Assembly: GCA_029555025.1 (NCBI GenBank)
Contig: JAKPTZ010000004.1
Location: forward strand, 3,373-67,372
Length of the DNA stretch: 64,000 bases
Reading direction: 5' to 3'
From: Deltaproteobacteria bacterium
GTDB taxonomy: Bacteria; Myxococcota_A; UBA9042; DTJE01
Shown piece by piece: positions 57,336 through 64,000 of the stretch. The translations under genes were made by a program, and so were the position numbers. The notes beneath the pieces were generated by a model that had not been told where the DNA came from, did not search any database, and was given only the letters and a program-made list of their open reading frames with translations. Each line of letters begins with the position of its first letter. Position 1 is the stretch's first letter.

Positions 57336-57887
57336 TCAATCCTTCTCCCCGGGCTTAACCGGATTCACGTCATCGCCGTCAATGTCGTTCTTGCCGATGT
57401 CGCTGTTTGCGCCCATCTGCTTCGTGTCGAGAATCTCGGACTTGACCAGGATCCACTTGCGGTTGCGAACCTTCCAGTGTTCGCGGTACTGCTTCTTTTC
57501 AATCGTGATCGAGTTGTCCCGGCGAACGCTAGCCTTGACCACTGCAATGGCCTCCTCCTCGCCCGTCTTGCGCCCGGGAAGATAGCGCACCGACATCAGT
57601 GTGAAATCTTCCCACAGATAGACGTTACGTTCCGGGTCGTGCCGGGATAGAAAATCGTCGATGTGATCGCGATCGACGTATGCGGCGGCTCGCTGAATCT
57701 CGCCCGATGTCAGGTGGATGTGGTAGTAGCTCAAGGTCTGATCAAGGCGATCGACGGTGCTCATCTGCTGCCCGCAGCCGCCCATTCCGGCCAGCGCCGC
57801 CAGCGAGACCGCGGCGAGGCAGATGACCACAAGAACCCTCGCCACCGGCGTCAACCATCGTGGGGCACTGTTCCGACCGCGGTTCAT
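57336..57887 (-). CDS. Hypothetical lipoprotein
   Basis: Signal peptide VARVLVVICLAAVSLAALAGMGGC. GGAG RBS before the ATG at 57887. Confidence 0.5.
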   Translation of the reverse strand: MNRGRNSAPRWLTPVARVLVVICLAAVSLAALAGMGGCGQQMSTVDRLDQTLSYYHIHLTSGEIQRAAAYVDRDHIDDFLSRHDPERNVYLWEDFTLMSVRYLPGRKTGEEEAIAVVKASVRRDNSITIEKKQYREHWKVRNRKWILVKSEILDTKQMGANSDIGKNDIDGDDVNPVKPGEKD

Positions 57888-58057
57888 TCGATTTCTCCAG
57901 TCCGTCAACCAGACGGGCGAAAGATTAACATCCCGGCGGGTCTGATGCAAAGCCGCTTGCACGCGCCCATTCACCTTGAATCACAGGAACATCCGTGTTT
58001 GTACTTGAAAACAGCCGGCGGGGAACCAATAATTCAGCCCGACGGAGGTGGTCATCG

Positions 58058-58465
58058 ATGAAAATTGCTGTCGCCACATCGAACGGCAACATACTTGCTT
58101 CCGGCGAGCCCTCTACCGCCCGCGGCTTCGTAATCTACGAGGTGGCCTTCGGCACGGCCCGCCGCGTCGAGTTCCGCCCCAACCGGCGCGGACACCGCAG
58201 CGCAGTGTCCGACGTTCGAGCCCGCGACATCGGGCATACGCTGTCCGACTGCGCCATGATCCTTGCCGGCGCGGTCAGCGCGCACACCCGGGACTACCTT
58301 GAGAATACCGGCATCGAAGTCGTCATAACGGACGAAACCATTGTGGACAGGGCCGCGGCCCTTCTTGCGCTTAACCAGCTTCCCGACCAGTCCAGGGTCG
58401 ATCCCGAAGACCTTGAAATCAGGCAGGGCGAACCTGTCGTGTTCGAGGATGGATTCGATGCCTGA
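58058..58465 (+). CDS. NifX/NifB-type dinitrogenase FeMo-cofactor-binding-domain protein
   Basis: MKIAVATSNGNIL...GFVIYEV pattern of the DUF/NifX-NifB family. GGAGG RBS. Its stop overlaps the start of the downstream ABC ATPase gene. Confidence 0.65.
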   Translation: MKIAVATSNGNILASGEPSTARGFVIYEVAFGTARRVEFRPNRRGHRSAVSDVRARDIGHTLSDCAMILAGAVSAHTRDYLENTGIEVVITDETIVDRAAALLALNQLPDQSRVDPEDLEIRQGEPVVFEDGFDA

Positions 58466-59216
58466 TCCGGCTGTCGATCTTTCGGGTGTTCATGTCCGGT
58501 TCAACGATCGCACCATCCTTCAGGACTGCAATTTAAGACTCGGGGCCGGCCTGATTCACGGCATTGTCGGCTCCGGCGGCTCCGGCCGTTCGACCCTGCT
58601 TAAGGTTATCGGCACCGTCATTCCGGCGGACGCCGGGCGAGTAACCATCCTTGGGCACGACATTGATCAGTGTGGCGGGGATGTCCTGGCGTCGATCCGA
58701 TCCCGGATTGGTTTCCAATTCCAGAATCTTGCTCTCTTCGACTCATTCGACGTGATTGACAACGTCTTGTTCGCCGTGACCGGCGGTGATCCCGACGGGG
58801 CCGAAGTCGCCGACCGGGAGCGCGCCGTTGAACTGTTGGATTCCGTCGGGCTTGGCGACTTTCTGCATCGGCATGCCGGGCAGTTGTCCGGCGGCATGCA
58901 GCGCCGGCTTGCCATTGCCCGAGCCTTCGCGCCGCGCCAGGCCATGCTCCACATCTTCGATGATCCGGTCGCCGGCCTCGACCCGGTGACATCTTCGAGA
59001 ATCCTCGGATTGATTGCGTCTCGCTGCAGATCCGGCACTGGCACGACCGCCGTCATCTCCACCCATGAGATAGACGCTCTTTTGGCGATATGCGACCTTG
59101 TTCATGTTATACATCAGGGGTCGATCATCTTTTCGGGTACCCCGGCGCAGGCAGTCGGCAATCGACAGGAAGTGGTGGCCCGCCTTTTCCGGGATCCGGT
59201 TCTTCATCGCGGCTGA
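58458..59216 (+). CDS. ABC transporter ATP-binding protein (MlaF-like), degenerate Walker A/B, intact signature
   Basis: Walker A GSGGSGRST (Lys replaced by Arg). Q-loop. Signature LSGGMQRR. Walker B IFDDPVAGLD (Glu replaced by Asp). H-loop STHEID. Confidence 0.8.
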   Translation: MPDPAVDLSGVHVRFNDRTILQDCNLRLGAGLIHGIVGSGGSGRSTLLKVIGTVIPADAGRVTILGHDIDQCGGDVLASIRSRIGFQFQNLALFDSFDVIDNVLFAVTGGDPDGAEVADRERAVELLDSVGLGDFLHRHAGQLSGGMQRRLAIARAFAPRQAMLHIFDDPVAGLDPVTSSRILGLIASRCRSGTGTTAVISTHEIDALLAICDLVHVIHQGSIIFSGTPAQAVGNRQEVVARLFRDPVLHRG

Positions 59217-59230
59217 ATTTGGGCTGGGGA

Positions 59231-59989
59231 ATGGGATTGACCAGCAATGCGGCAACAACGGTTCTTGAAACGACCGGCGCGATGGCCGTTACTTCGTGGA
59301 CGGCGTTGACCGCGCTTGTCCGTGGGCGTGCCGGTCGTCGCCAGGCTCTTCGCCAGATTGCAATCGTGAGTGTCGATTCCCTTCCGGTACTTGTCCTGAT
59401 TTCACTTCTTTCCGGCTTCGTGATGGTGCTTGAATCGGCAAGTTACGTCGAATCGCTCGGGGCGTTCAGTCTGATGGGATGGGCCTTCGGGCTGGTCACC
59501 CTCTCGCAGTTGGGCCCTGTCCTGGTGGCCCTGATGTTCGCAGCGCGCGCCGGTGCGCGAACGACGGCGGAACTGGGCGCCATGGCCGTTACCGGCCAAC
59601 TCGACGCGTTGCGACTGCTCGGGATCGATCCGGTCGGGTACCTCGCGGCCCCAAGGTTCCTGGCGATGATTGTTATGCTTCCCCTGATGACGGCGCTCTG
59701 CGACGCGATTGCGATCGGGGCGGGTGCCGTCGGGGCGGCGGTGGTCGTCGGTCTTGGCCCCGCGCTCTTCCTCCAGTCGATTGCTCAGGGCGGGCTGATG
59801 GATGAGTTCCTTCTGGGGATCGCCCGCACCTTTCTTTTTGGCGGGGCGATCGCCGCGGTTTCCTGCACATTCGGCTTCCGGGTTCGCGGCGGGGCCGCCG
59901 GCGCGGGCCGGGCGGTCAACGACTGCGTTGTGGTGTCGGCACTTGCCGTGTTTGTGATTGACCTGATTTTTACTATTGCCGTGCTTTAA
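59231..59989 (+). CDS. MlaE-family ABC permease (copy 1)
   Basis: About 250 aa with the MlaE/YrbE topology and family signature (VLVALMFAARAG..AELGAMAVTGQLDAL). Confidence 0.8.
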   Translation: MGLTSNAATTVLETTGAMAVTSWTALTALVRGRAGRRQALRQIAIVSVDSLPVLVLISLLSGFVMVLESASYVESLGAFSLMGWAFGLVTLSQLGPVLVALMFAARAGARTTAELGAMAVTGQLDALRLLGIDPVGYLAAPRFLAMIVMLPLMTALCDAIAIGAGAVGAAVVVGLGPALFLQSIAQGGLMDEFLLGIARTFLFGGAIAAVSCTFGFRVRGGAAGAGRAVNDCVVVSALAVFVIDLIFTIAVL

Positions 59990-59996
59990 GGGAAAC

Positions 59997-60731
59997 GTGA
60001 ATCGACGCGTGAACGAAATCGGGCTGTTGATTCAGGCCATCGTCGCGATGACGCGCCGTCCGCCGCCGCTTCGTCGCATTGTCCGCGAGGTGTTTTCCTG
60101 CGGCAATCGTTCGATCGTGTTCGTGTGCGTGACCATGGCCTTCTTCGGGATGATTCTTGTCTATGAAGGGTGCATGCAGGCACTGGCGTTGATTCCGGAT
60201 CTTTCATCCGCCGGCCCGGCGACCATCCGTTCAACAATCCGCGTTTTCGGCCCGCTGATGGCCGGCCTGATGGTTTCATTCCGCGTCGGGGCCGGTATCG
60301 CCGCCGAGGCCGGAACAATGGTGGTAACCGAACAGGACGGGGCGCTGCTGGTTTCCGGGTCGAGCCCGGCTGAATGGCTTGTGGCGCCGCGCCTTGTCGC
60401 GTGCATCATCGCCGTTCCCGCGCTGACGGTGGTCGGCTGTCTCGCCGGAATCCTGGCCGGCGGCGCCCTTGGGGTGGGCTGGTTCGGGATTCACCCATCG
60501 GATTTTTTCAGCCTCTCGATGGTGGATCGCGGCGACGCCGCCGTATGCGCGGCCAAGTCGCTGTTGAACGGCATGGCCATTCCCGTGTTTGCCGCCGCCG
60601 CCGGGCTGAACACCCGCGGCGGTTCGGAAGGTGTCGGCGTGGCGGCGACAAGCGCCGTTGTTCGATCCTGCGTGGCTGTCGCCGTGATTGAATTCCTGGT
60701 TTCGACGGTCGCCCGGGTCGCCGGGGCATAA
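59997..60731 (+). CDS. MlaE-family ABC permease (copy 2)
   Basis: Paralogue of the upstream permease (GPLMAGLMVSFRVGAGIAAEAGTMVVTEQ). GTG start at 59997 with an AAGGGA RBS, chosen to avoid overlap. Confidence 0.75.
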   Translation: MNRRVNEIGLLIQAIVAMTRRPPPLRRIVREVFSCGNRSIVFVCVTMAFFGMILVYEGCMQALALIPDLSSAGPATIRSTIRVFGPLMAGLMVSFRVGAGIAAEAGTMVVTEQDGALLVSGSSPAEWLVAPRLVACIIAVPALTVVGCLAGILAGGALGVGWFGIHPSDFFSLSMVDRGDAAVCAAKSLLNGMAIPVFAAAAGLNTRGGSEGVGVAATSAVVRSCVAVAVIEFLVSTVARVAGA

Positions 60732-60822
60732 GGCCGCTGGGTCTTGTTCGGATGGCGCGTTTGTCACGGATCCGGTGGATGATGCCGAGTTCCCCACCGG
60801 TTCCTGTGTTACGGAGATACTG

Positions 60823-61620
60823 ATGGCAGCCAGCGACGCGGAAGCAATCGCAATCGACATCCAGGATGTCGGGCGTTCGTTCGGTTCCCAACGGGTTCTT
60901 GATCGGGTATCCACGCGTTTCATGACCGGGCGCGCCACTTTCGTGGTCGGTCCCAGCGGTTGTGGGAAGTCCCTTCTGATGAAGATGCTCGTCGGGCTCG
61001 AGACACCCGATTCCGGAAGAATCCTGGTCTTCGGCAAGCATGTCGCGACCATGAATGCCGCCGAACTGAACGGCCTTCGCCGAAGGGTGGCCTTCGTTCC
61101 GCAGCACCCGGCTCTTTTCGACTCGTTGACCGTCGGCGCCAATATCGCCCTGCCCCTGGTTTTCCACCGGATCCAGGACGAGGCCGCGGCCCGCTCGACG
61201 GCCGTTCGTCTTCTGTCACTGTTCAACCTTGCCGACCGCGCCGACCTGTTGCCTGGCCAGATCAACCAGTCGGACAGGAAGATTGTCTCCATTCTTCGCT
61301 CGATGGCATGCGGGCCCGAATGCCTGGTGCTTGACGAGCCCACCACCGGCCTTGATTCTCCGTCAAGAGACGCCGTGTTCTCGATGATCCGGGAAATCGG
61401 CATGGTCGATTCCGGCATCGAAACCCTGATAGTTGTTTCACACGACATGCAATCAACCATGGCGATTGCCGACCGCATTGTCTTTCTGTATAAGGGTGTG
61501 GTTCGGCACGACACGTCCCCGGCCGGCTTCCTGACGGCGACGGCGACGGATCCGATCGCGGCCCAATTCCTTGCCGGGGCCGCGGATGGACCGATGAACA
61601 CAGAGGCTGACGAAGCATGA
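60823..61620 (+). CDS. ABC transporter ATP-binding protein, canonical Walker A/B, degenerate signature
   Basis: Walker A GPSGCGKS. Walker B LVLDEPTTGLD. H-loop VSHDM. Signature replaced by QINQSD. Confidence 0.8.
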   Translation: MAASDAEAIAIDIQDVGRSFGSQRVLDRVSTRFMTGRATFVVGPSGCGKSLLMKMLVGLETPDSGRILVFGKHVATMNAAELNGLRRRVAFVPQHPALFDSLTVGANIALPLVFHRIQDEAAARSTAVRLLSLFNLADRADLLPGQINQSDRKIVSILRSMACGPECLVLDEPTTGLDSPSRDAVFSMIREIGMVDSGIETLIVVSHDMQSTMAIADRIVFLYKGVVRHDTSPAGFLTATATDPIAAQFLAGAADGPMNTEADEA

Positions 61621-62606
61621 ACGAACGAACCAGGATGGAAATCAAGGTCGGGGCACTGGTTCTGGTCTCGGTCGCCGCCATCCTTGGATTCGTGGCGGTT
61701 CTGGGGAACTTCAGCTTCGGGCCAAGACAGGAATTCTTCGTCGATTTCGATCACTCCGGCGGCCTGAAGAAAGGCGCGCCAGTTCTTCTTGCCGGCGTCA
61801 ACATCGGCCAGGTCGAGTCCATCACGCTTCACCGCAATGAACTCGGCGTGCCCGAAAGCATCGGGCGCCCCAGGGTTCGCGTTTCGGCATCGGTTCCGTC
61901 GGATCAATTCGCGGCTATTCCATCTGACGTTTTCGCATCCATTTCGGCCCGCAGCGTGCTTGGCGAGAAGCATCTGGAACTGACGCCGGGCAACGGCGCC
62001 GTGCCGCCGCTGAAGGCCGGAACGGTTCTCCAGGGACGTCCGCCCGCCGGCATCGAGAAGGCCGGGGACGACGCGGTTTCGCTGATTCGTCGCCTTGAGA
62101 GGTTCATGGACGAAAACGAGGGAAAGCTTTCGGGCGCAATCGTCCAGGTTAACGACCTCGCTACGGGCTTGAACGCCTTTCTCAAGCTCAACGGCCCGAA
62201 GCTCGATGAGGCTGTCGAGAACCTGCGCCTTGCTTCTGCGGGACTTGCCCGGGAGGCAGGTCCCGGTGGGCGGGTCTCCAGCCTGATGATAACAGCCGAC
62301 CGCGTTGTGAAGCGGATCGATGCCGCAACCGCCGGCACCGAGAAGTCGGTTCCGGAACTCATCGCGGACGTTTCCAGGCTCTCGGCCAGGGCGGATCATC
62401 TTCTTGCAGGGATGGATCGGCTCGTCACAGAGATGACCGGACCGACAGTCGGCGCTGTCAGGAACCTCAACGACATCAGCGAGACGATAAGCCAGGGCAA
62501 GGGAACCATCGGAAAGCTTGTTCTGGATCAGACGCTGTATGACGACGTTTCGGCGTTCGTAAAGGAAATTAAGGCCAAGCCATGGAAGCTGCTGTGGAAG
62601 AAATGA
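61617..62606 (+). CDS. MlaD/MCE-family periplasmic substrate-binding protein
   Basis: N-terminal TM helix, then the MCE domain (EFFVDFDHSGGLKKGAPVLLAGVNIGQVESI). Overlaps the ATPase stop. Confidence 0.85.
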   Translation: MNERTRMEIKVGALVLVSVAAILGFVAVLGNFSFGPRQEFFVDFDHSGGLKKGAPVLLAGVNIGQVESITLHRNELGVPESIGRPRVRVSASVPSDQFAAIPSDVFASISARSVLGEKHLELTPGNGAVPPLKAGTVLQGRPPAGIEKAGDDAVSLIRRLERFMDENEGKLSGAIVQVNDLATGLNAFLKLNGPKLDEAVENLRLASAGLAREAGPGGRVSSLMITADRVVKRIDAATAGTEKSVPELIADVSRLSARADHLLAGMDRLVTEMTGPTVGAVRNLNDISETISQGKGTIGKLVLDQTLYDDVSAFVKEIKAKPWKLLWKK

Positions 62607-63358
62607 CGCGTCGGCGACTTGCGGCCGCATGCCTGACGGCGGCAATCCTTGTCGCCTCGCAGTTTCCGCAGATTTCCCCCGTCGTGGCCCAGGAAGCTGG
62701 CGGTGCCACCGGCCAGGCTGCGTTTACCCCACAGCAGGCCGCGGCTATCCTGTCCGCGGGCGACAAGGCATTTCGAACCGGCCGGGTGGGAGATGCGCTA
62801 AGGACATTCACGACCATATTCACGGTGTTTCCCACCTGGTGGATCGCCGGAGCCAAGGTCGCCGTGGCATCCGCGCAGTCCGGCCAGACCCCCGACGAAG
62901 TCGTTGCCGCGTTGAAAGCTCTTGTTCCAATGGGACCTACCGGGCCGTGGGTGCCGATGCTTGCCGTCATGGCCGCCGCATCCAGGCTTGCACAGGAAGA
63001 TGTTGAATTCATCAAGCACATGTCTCGTCAGATGCTGGCCGAGCCTCCCGAAGACGAGGCATATCTGATGCGAACCAGGGACGCCGACCTGCGCAGTCGC
63101 TATGCACTCGCACGGGGACTGGCTCTCGAGGCCGCCGGCCAGCCTGGAATGGCCGTCGCCGAGTACCGTGCCCTTTCCGAATCACGGCCTGGCGCGATTG
63201 CGCCGAGAGTCCGTCTTGCAGTCCTTCTTTCAGCGGTCGGGAGGCATGCCGACGCCGACGCGATACTGGCGCCAATCGAGCCTGTCAGCCTTATGTCATC
63301 TCGAATCCGCATGCTTCGGCAGCAGATCCGGGCCACAATCTCCCCGGATCCGCGCTGA
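62603..63358 (+). CDS. Secreted TPR-like hypothetical protein (last gene of the Mla-like cluster)
   Basis: ATGA overlap with the MCE gene. Signal-like N-terminus LAAACLTAAILVASQ. Helical repeats. Confidence 0.5.
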   Translation: MTRRRLAAACLTAAILVASQFPQISPVVAQEAGGATGQAAFTPQQAAAILSAGDKAFRTGRVGDALRTFTTIFTVFPTWWIAGAKVAVASAQSGQTPDEVVAALKALVPMGPTGPWVPMLAVMAAASRLAQEDVEFIKHMSRQMLAEPPEDEAYLMRTRDADLRSRYALARGLALEAAGQPGMAVAEYRALSESRPGAIAPRVRLAVLLSAVGRHADADAILAPIEPVSLMSSRIRMLRQQIRATISPDPR

Positions 63359-63551
63359 ATGTGATCTTTTCTGCCGAATTTTTGTCCGTTTCGATTTTTT
63401 TTGATTGACCTTATTCCAAGGTCTTTGCATTATACGGACGGCCTGAATGTTCATGCATTGCCGTTGAACAGGCTGCGATTGTCCGGCACCGCTTAAGATC
63501 GCGGATTTGCTGGAAATCGTATGAATCGGAACACGTTTGCGGGGACAGTGT

Positions 63552-64000
63552 CATGATAGTTGGACTCATTATCGCACTGGTCGGAGCGCTCGGCGGTCTC
63601 ATCGGCTCACTGGTTCTGCCCTGGGTCGATACGGACGCCGTCAAGTTCGCTGATCCATCGGCCTACGCCGGTTACGCGTGGCCAACTGGTGTGGTCGCGA
63701 TAATTCTTCTGGGCGCGGCGGTCGTGCTTGTCGGACTCAGCTTCGCCATGGAGCGCAAGAGGAAGCTGTTCGCCATCATTAATATGTTCGTGGCGCTCGG
63801 CGTTCTCGTGTTCTCCTTCCTGACCCCGTTCTCGATCCGCACGGCCATCAACGAAATGATCCTTGCGGGCACCATTCCCGAGGCCACCCGGCTTGCGATG
63901 TTCTATGGCTATCACGCCATATTCTTCGGCAACGTCGTGCTGGCATTCGGTTGCGCGTTCCTGCTTGGACAGGCCGGCTCCTACAGGACCGACGACAAGC
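63552..64000 (+). CDS. Hypothetical membrane protein (partial, runs off window end)
   Basis: ATG at 63552. Open frame to the window end with at least four hydrophobic helices (IVGLIIALVGALGG...). Confidence 0.4.

Noticed and set aside
59976-59996. Track start of permease-2 at 59976, overlapping permease-1 by 14 bp
   Set aside because: A GTG at 59997 with an AAGGGA RBS just after the upstream stop gives a cleaner, non-overlapping start. The N-terminal extension has no support.

Overview
This is a high-GC (about 65%) bacterial chromosomal window. Several signals point to Myxococcota, as inference only: a MYXO-CTERM-like sorting tail, myxo-type Cys-rich repeats, a CdnL homologue, and many secreted lipoproteins and proteases. 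Housekeeping genes are interleaved with an accessory, secretome-rich gene set. The housekeeping set is an EF-G paralogue, serC, mnmA, gmk, gltX, ndk, glpD, cdsA, purF, cdnL, a BamD-like gene and tRNA-Pro(GGG). The accessory set includes S1, M16, M2 and HEXXH secreted proteases, two very large proteins of unknown function (1587 aa and a 1880 aa TPR protein), and two paralogous radical-SAM proteins. The most notable loci are four. First, a Mla/MCE-like ABC transporter at 58.0-63.4 kb is built from two different ATPases and two different permeases, and the ATPase motifs predict one canonical and one degenerate nucleotide site. Second, a small palindromic REP-like repeat family (GGGCGAAT-N4-ATTCGCCC-GTAC, with GGGCGGAT variants) is scattered at gene ends and concentrated on both sides of copA. 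Third, a metal-type stress module sits next to copA: a divergent OmpR-type two-component system plus a CpxP/Spy (LTXXQ) protein carrying His- and Cys-rich tails. Fourth, a lipoprotein gene is interrupted by an in-frame TAG. GC-driven antisense ORFs are common and were not called. Start codons were refined by RBS and signal-peptide logic where possible.
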